From: Eledone cirrhosa
Taxonomy: Eukaryota
Length of the DNA stretch: 64,000 nucleotides
NCBI GenBank assembly: GCA_964016885.1
Contig: OZ024741.1
Location: 297,724,001 to 297,788,000, forward strand
Direction of reading: 5' to 3'
Of the stretch, positions 12,339 to 25,661 are shown piece by piece. How positions within the stretch are numbered: the first letter of the stretch is position 1; every line of letters starts with the position of its first letter. The notes beneath the pieces were generated by a model. That model was not told where the DNA came from. It saw nothing but the letters and a program-made list of their open reading frames with translations, and searched no databases. The position numbers and the translations under genes were made by a program.

Positions 12339-13327
12339 GTAAGTCTCTAAACATAGATGTTTATATATTTTGTGCAGCAAACAGTTGAATCTGAGGAAAT
12401 CAGTGATGGTCTGCAACATTAATTAACGAGTAGATGTAATTTAAAAGTGGAACAAAGCTTGGATAGAACAAATGACTAATGCTGGTTATATTTTCAGATG
12501 TTGTTTTTATTCATAACGCCTGGGTGGATCCATCATTTAGTAGATCAGATGGTGTTAATATACATAATGTAGTGATTCAAAGGTCTTTTAGTAATTAAAA
12601 TTACACCCGCAATGGACAAATAAAGACGATTAGCTTAAGGGTTAATTTCATCGGAAGCAATTTTGAAATTTAGACCAATTAAACATTGAATGTAAACATA
12701 CAGTGAAGTATGAGTCTGATCTTTATGAAGTTCGTTAACAACTCCAGACATGTTTCTGTCTTATTAAACTTCCTCGGTGAAACAAAGTCTTTAACAATAT
12801 TTGTTAGACGGTAAGATAACTGAAAGATATACCGTTTGAGTTAATGGATACTGAAAAGCATGACAAAAGAATGGCAATTTCACCTTTACATTAAAAGGAC
12901 GAGCTAGTCTCTACTTCGTCGTTCTTCCTGCTAGAAATGCAGTCAAATGCACTTAAAACACATCATAATGTATTTATAAAGGAAAAACATTTTTGATAAT
13001 GTGTTAGTTTCACTATAGAAAATGGTATGGTCATGGCTAGAATGCATTTGATGATAGGTTGAATCGATCAGGGTTGACCTTCATATAAATAAGACACACA
13101 CACACACACATGCATACACACGAACACACGCACACACACACAATCACGCACACACACACAGAAACTCGCGCGCACATACACGCATATATAGGCACATACT
13201 CACGCACACACACATATACACACAGAGACACACGCACACAGACACATATACACACATTTACACATTCACGCATACACATACACACTTACAAGCACGCATA
13301 CAGACACACAGGCACATGCACGCACAC

Positions 13328-13377
<50 letters not shown>

Positions 13378-13473
13378 ACACATGCATGCAGACACACACG
13401 CAGACACGCAGACCCATACAACAGATCAGTGATTTGAGAGAGTGGCTCTGTTTCCATTATCTTTTATGCTGCC

Positions 13474-14010
13474 TCTTTTCACTGTGTCTATTCTTACAAC
13501 ATTTATAACCATCACATTCGCGGCAATGCTTTCCACTGTCTATTCTTACGACATTTATAACCACCACATACGCGGTAATGCTTTTCACTGTGTCTATTCT
13601 TAGGACATTTATAACCACCACATTCGCGGTAATGCTTTTCACTGTGTCTATTCTTACGACATTTATAACCACCACATTCGCGGTAATGCTTTTCACTGTG
13701 TCTATTCTTACGACATTTATAACCACCACATTCGCGGCAATGCTTTTCACTGTGTCTGTTCTTACGACATTTATAACAACCATATTCGCGGCAATGCTTT
13801 TCACTGTGTCTATTCTTACGACATTTATAACCACCACATTCGCGGCAATGCTTTTCACTGTGTCTGTTCTTACGACATTTATAACAACCATATTCGCGGC
13901 AATGCTTTTCACTGTGTCTATTCTTAGGACATTTATAGCAACCATATTCGCGGTAATGCTTTCCACTGTCTATTCTTAGGACATTTATAACAACTACATT
14001 CGCGGGAATG
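13474..14010. repeat. 54-bp minisatellite, about 10 copies (intronic)
   Basis: Unit CTTTTCACTGTGTCTATTCTTACGACATTTATAACCACCACATTCGCGG(T/C)AATG. Confidence 0.95.
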
Positions 14011-14247
14011 TTTTTACGGTCTTGTTCGCGGTGCGCACCTCCAATACCACCACGCTCTAGGCCTAGAGCCCACCACGCCCTCCTATTCTTCTGTAACCCT
14101 AGAGCCTTTGCCTTTCCGTTCCTTTTCCACTTTCAAAACCACAAAATATAAAGAAGTTAATATGCCACACCCTAGTTCTGCTCCCAGTTTCTTTCACTGG
14201 ATACTTGTGTAAGAAAGAGTCAAAATTCTTCATTTTCATTAAACCCT

Positions 14248-14798
14248 GTCATCAACATTATCGTCGTCGTCACCTTTGTCATCTTCGTTGTCGCCGTCGT
14301 CGACGTCGTCTTCGTCGTTGTCGTCGTCATTTTCATCGTCATCGTCGTCGTTATCGTCGTCGTCGCCGCCGTCATCATCGTTATCATCATCGTCGTCATC
14401 GTCATCATCATCATCATCATCGTCATCATCGTCGTCATCATCATCATCATCGTCATCGTCATCATCGTCATCGTCATCATCAACATCGTCATCGTCATCG
14501 TCATCGTCACCGTCATCATCATCATCAACATCATCATCGTCGTTGTCGTCGTCATCATCATCATCGTCATCATCATCATCATCGTCGTTGTCGTCGTCGT
14601 CATCATCATCATCATCGTCATCATCATCATCGTCATCATCATCGTCATCATCATCAACATCATCATAGTCATCATCATCATCATCGTCATCATCATCATC
14701 GTCATCATCATCGTCATCATCATCAACATCATCATAGTCATCATCATCATCATCATCATCGTATCGTCATCATCATCATCGTCATTGTCGTTGTTATT
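14248..14798. repeat. (CAT/CGT)n cryptic trinucleotide repeat
   Basis: Seen directly. Confidence 0.95.
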
Positions 14799-15176
14799 AG
14801 GATGAAGTATTGTCCTGCTCTACCTATCTAACCGATGATTTAATGAAAAGCCACTACTTTATATCCATGTAGGAGAACCCCTACCGATGCGCTGAACGAG
14901 TGTGACTTTTTAGTCCAGCCAGCGACTTGAAAACTCTGGTACAAACACTACACTTGTGACAATTATTGACACATAGTGCTGGGCCCATGGTACCTCATCA
15001 TTGGATACCATCAGGGTTGCAGGTGTTATATCAGAGTTTTCCTTCTCCTAGAATTCTGCCTTGACAAAGGCTAAGGGGTCATCTCTCCCGGTGATTTTGG
15101 ATGGCCATTGACTCTTAAGAGCTCCTTTGCCCTTTGACAGGTTTTGTTTTTAGTCCTGCAGGATGTCCAAAGTCAC

Positions 15177-15236
<60 letters not shown>

Positions 15237-15238
<2 letters not shown>

Positions 15239-15392
15239 GGCTTCTACAGGACTACAGGACTAGAACTGTTTCATTCGGGAGAAATCATCAGGAAGCCCTG
15301 TAGAAGCCATTTCTATATTAAATGTTTATACTCTGCTATGTATTGAGTACCTTCATTACTGTGGTTACCCCCGATTGAACCCGGGATAAACT

Positions 15393-15393
<1 letters not shown>
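15237..15393. mobile_element. (TA)n-embedded short repeat, family P1, with a hammerhead-like core on the - strand
   Basis: Minus strand reads CTGATGA-tttctcccgaat-GAAA-cagttc within the inverted arms ATGGCTTCTACAGG/CCTGTAGAAGCCAT. Related copies at about 33900-34110, 46500-46580, 46920-47038, 55068-55107 and 56105-56190. Confidence 0.65.
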
Positions 15394-15413
<20 letters not shown>

Positions 15414-15425
<12 letters not shown>

Positions 15426-15735
15426 GAGAATGTCTGTCTGTCTGTCTGTCTGACTCCCTAAAACTCGAGATCCACCCAACCGATTTTTTTCAAACTTTAC
15501 ACATGTAATACTTATGGTCGTGTGAGTGTTTTGAGCAAAAATTATTTCAAATTTTCAATGCCCTAGGGACCGCATTAGGCGCCGGTAACGATCTCTCTCT
15601 GTCTTTCTTAGTCTGTCTTTGTAGATAGATACATAGCTAAAACGTCGCGCCCTTATAATATCTGTCTGTATGTCTGGCTGTCTGCATTACGGCATTATGA
15701 CACTCTGTGTGTGTGTGTATATATATGTATATATA

Positions 15736-15773
<38 letters not shown>

Positions 15774-16347
15774 TGTAACGTTTTCGAAATATTTACTTCT
15801 GCGTTCACAGATTGATTTTTTTTTAGTTTCAGAAGATCTGTTAAGGGTGAAAGCAGCGATTCTTCGCTTAAACTTTAATCTGTTATTTTAATATATATAT
15901 ATATATATATAACTATATATTCGTGTACAGATATTTTTGCATACACAATAACAAAATATAAACAAACGTATTTATTTCACGAGGCTCGATAAGGATAAAT
16001 ATATATCAAATATATAAGAACCCTTGAGCAAATATTGTTCTCATTGCTGACGAGGCAGAAGGGGATATACACGATTGGCTGAAGAAGGACGAGACTGTGT
16101 TAGTAGTACGACCAATAGCTGCTATCACACCAACAGCAGCAAAAACAACAAAAAAACAGAGAGGGAAATTACATGCTTTTGAAAAATCTTAATGGAAAAT
16201 GATTTGCCTATTCCCCCAAGGCGACTTCACTTTTTATTAGGACTTCTGCATCAACTGGTGAACATACGACGAAACTGTTTCAGAAAGGAGGGATAAACAT
16301 GCCAATCTATGTTTAGAACCCAGAGCAACACCGGGCCATTCTGCTAG
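15414..16347 (+). mobile_element. Non-autonomous Helitron, copy 1
   Basis: 5' (GTCT)n, a subterminal hairpin CCCAGAGCAACACCGGG and a CTAG 3' end followed by T. Duplicated head-to-tail by the next copy. Confidence 0.75.
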
Positions 16348-16350
16348 TAT

Positions 16351-17037
16351 ATATCTAAAACAGAGAATGTCTGTCTGTCTGACTCCTAAAACTCGAGAAC
16401 CACCCAACCGACTTTTTTTCAAACTTTACATATGTAATACTTATGGTCGTGTGAGTGTTTTGAGCAAAAATTATATCAAATTTTCAATGCCCTAGGGACT
16501 GCATTAGGCGCCGGTTATCTCTCTCTCTCTCTCTCTTAGTCTGTCTTTTTAGATAGATACATAGCTATAACGTCGCGCCCTAATAATTGTTTCTTCTTTC
16601 GGCACAAGGCCAGCAATTAACCAGTGCATTACTGGTACTTTATTTTATCGACCCCGTAAGGATGAAAGGCAAAGTTAACCTCGACGGGATTTGAACTCAG
16701 AATGTCAAGGGCCGTAACTCTATGCGTCAAAGCATGGCGTCCGACCCTCTACCAATACTGCCAATTCACCGCCCTAATAATATCTGTCTGTATGTCTGGC
16801 TATCTGCATTATGACATTATGAAAACATTGACTTCGTTATCTGACGTATTATCTTCGCTATTTTCCGTTCATTGCTAGGGAACGTCTTCACGAACCAAAG
16901 TATCGTCTTCCTGTTTTCCTTCGGTTGCAACGTTTTTTGAAATATTTACTTCTGCGTTCACAGATTGAATTTTTTAGTTTCAGAAGATCCCGTTAAGGGT
17001 GAAAGCAGCGATTCTTTGCTTAAACTTTAATCTGTTA

Positions 17038-17104
<67 letters not shown>

Positions 17105-17422
17105 GTGTACAGATATTTTTGCATACACAAAAACAAAATATAAACAAACGTATTTATTTCACGAAAGCACAGACGGCTTATCGTCATTGTCACTGCCGAT
17201 ATGCCACCCCAAAAGTCCCACTACTTTTGTCACAAGGCCAGCAATTACATAGTCAACGGTTGGAAATCACATGCATCACTGACGAGTTTACTCCTTACTC
17301 TACCAGTTAGTCTTAGTGTACTTCGTTCTGCTTTTAGGTTATGCCTGTACTGTTTCATAAAGGAGGGATAAATATGCCAATCTATGTTTAGAATCCCGAG
17401 CAACGCCGGGCCATTCTGCTAG
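16351..17422 (+). mobile_element. Non-autonomous Helitron, copy 2 (contains a SINE insertion)
   Basis: Same 5' segment and CCCGAGCAACGCCGGG..CTAG end as copy 1. Confidence 0.75.
16588..16773 (-). mobile_element. SINE family A inserted in Helitron copy 2
   Basis: Full-length reverse copy flanked by the duplication CGCCCTAATAAT. The empty site is present in Helitron copy 1 (about 15648-15660). Confidence 0.88.
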
Positions 17423-17681
17423 TATATAATAAAAATAACAAAAATAATAATGCCGATGTTACATAAATCGTTTAATCATTATAATTATTTCCACAGTTCT
17501 CCATGCAATCGAGAAGTCCTTCATATGTCTGCTGGGCACACAAGCAGAAGGACGTGTGTTTTTTCCTGCCGGCAGCATATCACTAAATCGGTTTTCTTTT
17601 TTCTTTTTTCTTTTTTCTCCCTACAAATTGCTGGTCTTGTCGCTAAATTAATAATCACTATTTCTCTTCTGTTATTTTCAG

Positions 17682-17903
17682 GTTCGAACAGTAGATGGTT
17701 CTGGTCCACTGACAGTCGGTATTCATGGCCCACAACCAGGGAATACTGTTGAAGAGATCTCTATAATCTACACAGATCACTGTACCTATGATGTCAGCTA
17801 TTACGTCACTAAGACTGGCTGTTACACGTTGGACATTAAATGGGCAGGCCGTCATATCTTTCAAAGTCCATTTTTCTGCCAAGTTTTGCCATTGAAGGAG
17901 TAA
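17682..17903 (+). CDS. Filamin-like gene, terminal exon completing the C-terminal filamin Ig repeat
   Basis: ttttcag| phase-0 acceptor. Encodes VRTVDGSGPLTVGIHGPQPG..YDVSYYVTKTGCYTLDIKWAGRHIFQSPFFCQVLPLKE*. AATAAA at about 18008 and 18033. Confidence 0.88.
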   Translation, partial: VRTVDGSGPLTVGIHGPQPGNTVEEISIIYTDHCTYDVSYYVTKTGCYTLDIKWAGRHIFQSPFFCQVLPLKE

Positions 17904-18610
17904 ACGTTCTCAACGGTCTGACTTTCACTTTGATTTTTCAATCTTTTATTTTGTGAAAAAATATTTTTGCATAGATTTTTATTCTTTAATTGATTAATTA
18001 ATTTTTTAATAAAAAAACAACATACGCACAGGCAATAAAATGGCAACAAACATACATACGGTGACACTCAATTACACACCTCACAGACGTACATACATAC
18101 ACGCACACTCTCTCTCATGCACGGAGACACACACACGCACACATACATGCGTGCACACACACACACACACACACAACACTGTCTCACACGCGCACACACT
18201 CTCTCACATGTACGCACGAGATAACACACACACAGACTTTCTCTCTCACTCGTATGCACACACCCACACGCACACATACACGCACAAGCACACACACATA
18301 CACACACACACACACCCTCTCTCACACACACACATATACTCTCTCTCTCTCTCTCTCTCACGCACACACACATTCACATAGACACATATCGTAATTGACA
18401 CCGCTGGCGGGAGTGAAATTGTTGCACTGAACTAAAGTTTCTAACTTAATCTCTGTCACGCAGTAGTGCAGGCTTTGTAGTTCACCAAGTCCTGTATTTA
18501 TTTATATATTTTACATTTAATGCAATCACATACATAAAAACGAACTCTGGCTCATCGTCACTAGCTTAAAGCATCAAGGGAGGCAACTGTAAAATTAATC
18601 GTTTGCTATA

Positions 18611-19000
18611 TACTCTCGGGTTTCGAATATTCGCCCCTCCCGCTTATTAATTTTTCAGACCCACCCACGCTCTTATTCCAAACCACCCGTTTATTAAATT
18701 TTGCTAATCTATCTCTGGCGATATTTTATTTTAAGTCGTAGCATTACTATGACAATTATTTTAGTTTAGACATTTAAAAAGCATTATACATGGCAAAACA
18801 TTACAAGAAATCCCGTACGTTATAAAATAACTAGGATAGGTTGGGGTCTCAATATGTAATTCTTCTTCTTCTTCTTCTTCTTAACTAAACGATTAATTCT
18901 GGTTATTTAAAAATCAAAGGAGACGACCTAGAAAAATTACTGATTTTCCACCCCCAACACCGAATATTCCAACGCCTCCATTATTTGGGACCCGTGAGTA
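18611..19000 (+). mobile_element. MITE family M1 (TA-flanked, Tc1/pogo-like TIRs)
   Basis: Ends TACTCTCGGGTTTCGAATA and TTATTTGGGACCCGTGAGTA. Related copies at about 20219-20359, 35555-36120 and 42135-42622. Confidence 0.7.
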
Positions 19001-19384
19001 CAACCTCATGGTTAATAGTAGATTTATTATTTTAATGGCCAAGTGGTCAAAAACGTCGGATTCAAGATGAATCTCTGGTGCCTTAACCAGATCCTTGACA
19101 ACTCTGGTCCACTAATGTGGGCAGGGGTTCGAATCACTCTTCTGGCAGATAATAATTGATATGGGTATTTATTGGCAGAATTGGTAGAGCGCCGTATAAA
19201 ATGTCATTGTAGTATTTGTTCTGGCTTTTTATATTATATATATATAAGGTCATAGATGTTTCGGCGCTTAAAACAGGACATCAAAAGCGATCAGCGGCGC
19301 GCCCAATGCCTTTTATCAATCAAAAGGCCATGAGGGAAAGAAAAGGAAAAAAAGGAAAAGTAGTGAGGAGAGAGGAAGAAAGAG

Positions 19385-19440
<56 letters not shown>

Positions 19441-19789
19441 TATCAGCATAATCATTGTCATCATTATCATTTAACGTCCGTTTTCTCTGCTAGCAAGGGT
19501 ACACATACCTGTGGAATGCTCAGTCACTTGCGCGTTAGTTACATGAGCAAGCTTTTCCGTTGATTTAATAACTGGAACAATAATCGTCGAAACCAATGGT
19601 CGTCTATTCCATTCCATATCATTTTCAGGAATTGACTTACACTATAGAACAAAAACTAATAATTAAAAAAAAGGAGATATGCAACGTCAGGTTTGACAAC
19701 TTTGGATGGCAATAAGCCACATTACCCGTTAGAAACTATAGCCTTAGTCTTCGGTTTCCGGTCTCGCTTGCTTTGCCTGCGTTTCATTG

Positions 19790-20203
19790 GTCGGTAACCT
19801 CTTGTCCTGTTCTCCACAACACAACGGAACCCATTGCGATCGAAGAACGCAAGGCTGCGAGACACGGAACCTGATCAGATTCCGCCCAGTAGACGTCCCT
19901 CCTCCTCTTCTTACTGTAGACGTCAAATTCCCCCAGAACATATGGGATGCCATCCAGTGCGACATGGCCTCAGACAGGCTAGCGTGCTAGCTCGACCAAC
20001 ACCGCTTCGCATGTTTTCGTTCGGCCTCGCAACCCCACAGTGGTGCCTGGCTCAATGCCTTACCCTCCTTTTCGATTGGCACGCAACTGGATAACGATAG
20101 CCTGCGAATCGGGGTCTCCTTGAGGCTTGGCTTTCGGATCTGCAAGCCACACAAATGTTGCTGCGCCTTCCCTGTAGAAGCTTTCGGCCTCCACTCGCTG
20201 TCC
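19790..20203 (+). mobile_element. CRE-clade retrotransposon fragment
   Basis: Translates to FRSASQPHSGAWLNALPSFSIGTQLDNDSLRIGVSLRLGFRICKPHKCCC, overlapping the protein at 4864-5487. Confidence 0.8.
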
Positions 20204-20714
20204 TCTTCTAAAAATGGGTAATCTCGGGTCTTAAATAATAGGGGAAGCGGTTGGAATAATCGGGGATCGGGAATGGAAAAATCAATAATTTTTCTAGGTT
20301 GTCTACCTTGATTTTTAAAAAAAATCTAAAAAATTAATAAGCGGGAGAGTACGAGAGTAGTTTTGTATTAAAAAAATCAGGGCAGTTTCAGGTGAGTTGA
20401 TATCAAAAGGGATAGCGCTTAATATAGTAAGAATAGTTGTTGGTGTCGTTGTTTCAATACAGAGCTTTGATCAAACAGACCTATGATAAAAGGTATAGAG
20501 TGAGATTTGAGGAAGACTTGACAACTATTTCTAGTCGGTTTATTTGGTGTTGTTGTTGTTATATGCAGAAACAATAATCTAGGCAAAAACATACTCATAA
20601 ATACACATGCACACATACACGTATATATATATATATATATACATGTACACATATTTATATGTATATATATCTATCTATCTATCTATCTGTGGCAAATAAA
20701 AAGAAAGTTATCTA

Positions 20715-20767
<53 letters not shown>

Positions 20768-20847
20768 GAAAGTTAGAGTTAATAACTCTTACTGAAACCC
20801 TGTAATATTGGACACACGATTTACTGTGTTTCTTACTACATACATAT

Positions 20848-20911
<64 letters not shown>

Positions 20912-21260
20912 CCACACACATTTATATCTATGTATACATGTATACACACACATTTATATCTATATATACATGTATCCACTCACAGATGCACACATATAGA
21001 CATATGAATGCACAGATAGTTATGTGCAAATGAAATATCAGATGCTTTTTACATTAAATCCGGCTTCCTATTTCTGTGAAGGAATCAATGGTGAAGGAAT
21101 CGATAGGTCCCCATCCATACACACACACACAATGACCTATCGATTGGTTCCCACCACACTTCCATCACTACACTTCACAGCCTGTCACATTATTTGACAT
21201 CCGTGTACAGCTTTCTTATATTTCGAAGGAATACCGGCAACAACAACACCAACAACAACA

Positions 21261-21324
<64 letters not shown>

Positions 21325-21326
<2 letters not shown>

Positions 21327-21540
21327 TCATAGGCGCACTGGGGACTATCTCCAAAAGTTTCCAGGGATGGTTAAAGAAAATCGGCCCCTTCACGCTTTTT
21401 GGAACGCTTCAAAAGGCATGCTTGCTTGGAACAGCAAGAACCCTCCGATACGTCCTGAATATCTGAGGCTGCAGGTAGTGGCTTGATATTCAATCCAACG
21501 GACTTTCCAGTTAACCAACATCAATGACTGAGATTCAAGG
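21325..21540 (+). mobile_element. Dong/R4-type 3' fragment embedded in (TAA)n
   Basis: VIGALGTISKSFQGWLKKIG..LQKACLLGTARTLRYVLNI* plus a short 3' UTR, with (AAT)n on both sides. Confidence 0.8.
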
Positions 21541-22591
21541 AATAACAACAATAATAATAATAATAATGATAATAATAATAATGATAATAATAATGGTTTC
21601 TTATATAGGCACAAGGCCAGTAATTTTGGGGGAGGGGAAAGTCGATCAAATCGAGCCCAGTGCGTGACTGGTACTTTATTTTATCGACCTTTATACGTTC
21701 TCAAGAAAGCATTTAGAAGCCTGAAAACGTTCGGAGTTCAGAAAAATCGCCCGGACTTCTCTATCCAGAACTTTCCGAAAAATGATTGCCAGCAATTTCG
21801 GTATAGACCAACAGATTAATACACCTGGTAATTATCGAGAAGTGTTAGTAAAAGAGGGCCTGGCTGATGGCTACAACATGTATATATATAGTAATCTGAT
21901 ATCAGAATCAATTAACAGTTCAGGCATACAACCCGCTCTTTGTACGGCTAGGTTGGGCAAAGAAAAATTAGTGAGAGAGATCACTTATGCTGGTTTTGAA
22001 AAATTGCGTAATCGGATTTTCTTTCAGAAATTTCAAACATCATTTGGGGATTTTTGTCATAGACTTCTAGTTTGTGTCCATCTTGAGGAGTAACCTACTC
22101 GTTCGATATCTTTTTATATTGGTGGTGAAGCTGGTGTGGCTGGTCTCTCATAATGTTGCTGCTCTGATTGGACTCGTTGCTGCAATTGTTTCCATTGATG
22201 CTACTTTCACTGTTGTGATTGTTGCTGCTACTGCTTTAGTATTATGAATGCGTGTAGGAGGGGTGTATTCTCTTATTCTTTACCACAAGCCAGAAAACTT
22301 TCAGGTGGCTCTTACTCCCAGTTAACATTTGGGTCACGTGCCTTCTCCCATGACGCAAACCTGCACCACATTTTAAAATGAAATAGGGGGAAGGATCTTT
22401 ACAATATCTATAGGTGTTGTCAGTAGCAATGCCTCGTGGGTTCTGTTCCTCGTACTTCTCCAGCACAATTTCTAGCTACACGAAGTCAAACTCTACTTGC
22501 ATCTTTGGTAGCATGATTATGGATTTCGCCGCTCCATTACGTTGGAAGAGGACGAACTTACCCGACGCGCATGGGATTGTGAAGGGCTACT

Positions 22592-22671
22592 TTATTGCAG
22601 GAGAGGAACGGGTGTTTGTCTTTCTTGGCATGTCATGTTGGGTCCCAGACTATTTAGAGTCACCTTTCTAT
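22592..22671 (-). CDS. Candidate terminal exon of an unidentified minus-strand gene
   Basis: tttttgccggtacag| acceptor in non-repetitive sequence. Phase-1 reading gives (D)RKVTLNSLGPNMTCQERQTPVPLLQ*. Confidence 0.3.
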
Positions 22672-23050
22672 CTGTACCGGCAAAAATATTTTTTTTTTTT
22701 TGTTTAAAAATAAGAGCATATAATAAAACTATTTAACTATGGAGAAAATACTCACGAGATAAAATAAGATATTATTTTTAAAAGGGGGCATGCAAAAACA
22801 GTGCTTCTGCTACAAAAGATGGTGAAAATAAAATTTATTTACATAGAATAAATTTCAAATAATGTTGACTGGATCAGTCCTGGTTTAAATATTGGTACAT
22901 AGTTAATCAATGTGAGTCAATCTGAGGAAAGACAAATTAATCGGTATTGAATATAACAATTTATGAGAACAATATTGAAAGAGATATTGGACATCTGGTC
23001 GCATTAATATTAGAGGAAGTTTGTATATATATATATATATATATATATAT

Positions 23051-23111
<61 letters not shown>

Positions 23112-23439
23112 TATCGTTAATATCTTTCTTCGTTTATATATATATATATATATATAGTTTAGGGATTGTAACGTCAAGTTACAGTTGGTTCGCCAAAGTG
23201 AGCACTTGGTGCGTAATCTCTAGTAACTACTTTGGGGTTATACTAAAAAGTGCATGATATTAATAATAAGTATGGACGAACTGTCGAATTTTCGCGTTTC
23301 GCGATTGATCAGACTTCTGTTGGCTTAATGACGAAATGATTCGCATATAGCGTTAATATATATTTGGGGTGGGCAGTTTTTCTTTGTCTTGATTGGTTGT
23401 TTTGGGAGAAAGAAATTATTATTAATTTTTTATATATAT

Positions 23440-23506
<67 letters not shown>

Positions 23507-23589
23507 CATATATATATATATATACATATATGTATATAGTTGAAAAAGGAAACAAGACAAACACGTATGCAAAATGATAGTTATTCATG

Positions 23590-24289
<700 letters not shown>

Positions 24290-24371
24290 GGTAGATAGAT
24301 AGATAGATAGAGAGAGGGGGTGCCTTACTTATGCATCTTACAAGAACATTATTGAGTGTTATACATGCATC

Positions 24372-24622
24372 ATACATACATACATACACATACATTCATT
24401 CATTCATTCACATACATACATACATACATACGTACATACATACATACATACATACATACATACATACATACATACATACATACATACATACATACATACG
24501 TACATACGTACATACATACATACATACATACATACATACATACATACATACATACATACGTACATACATACATACATACATACATACATACATACATACA
24601 TACATACATACATACATACATA
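24372..24622. repeat. (TACA)n microsatellite
   Basis: Seen directly. Confidence 0.97.
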
Positions 24623-25661
24623 CTGGGGTATTTCAATTATGCATCTGGTAGCAGGAATATTGGTTTTATACATCTGTGAATAATCAAATTGGGGTTATGT
24701 ATACAATGTATATATATATATATATTTGCGTGTTTCAATTGAGTATTTCATGACAGCAATATTGGGTGATATAAATTTGGTGATAGCCTCATTGGAAATA
24801 TATACATCAGGTGTATGGTGTAGGAGAGTTTACAATTTTGGACAAAAATGTTGGGGCATAATTTATCTGGGGACAATAATGATATTGCGATATAATGCCT
24901 CCCATAAGAGGAGTGTTGGGTGGGGGGATGGTTTTTGTACTTTGTAATATAGATGGTTTTGTAATATAGATGGTTTGGTAAAATAGATCTAAGCTGAGTT
25001 AAGGAATTTACTCTAGATATGTTATATTAGTTATTAGTAAAATACATTATATACGTAGTAGCTATAATGTTCAATTCCACATACGTGAAGTATTGAATCG
25101 GTTATATTATATGGTCACCCTTTTCTGTACTGTTTTGTAAGGTCGGAAACTTTTTAGGGCCTCTAAGACTTGTGGGATAGAGGGAGGAAGATATCCTCAA
25201 ACTAAAGTCTGGGTTGGAATGTTTGTAACAAAGTGAAATCCGTTTAAGACTCTTAAGGGCTAAATAGTAATAATAAAACGAGAAACAAATTAAGTATTTC
25301 ACCTAAGCAAGTCACAGTGGCATGTCGTTTTTCTATTTTTTCAATCCCGTCCAACATTCAAACAATCACACGTTTGATTTTATTGACCCTGAAAGGATTA
25401 AAGGCAATAATGACATCGGCAGCATTTGATCTCAAGACGCAAAGCATTTTGTTTACGTTCTAACGATTCTATTTCTGCCACGTCTTACTAATATTTGCAC
25501 TATATATATGTCCCAATGTGCACTGGAATGAATGCTTTGACCTAAAATAAATCGAAACCCTAGTGATTTCCAGAGGTTGACTGAGGAGATGGGACTGTCC
25601 GTCTTCTCGTTTATTTCCATTGTCTTTGTCCTGTTGAATATATATATATATATATATATAT

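Noticed and set aside
13474-14010. CRISPR-like array
   Set aside because: The units are contiguous with no unique spacers, the context is eukaryotic, and there are no cas genes.
14205-14831. His/Arg-, Ser- and Met-rich ORFs
   Set aside because: They come from the (CAT/CGT)n microsatellite, with no splice or domain support.
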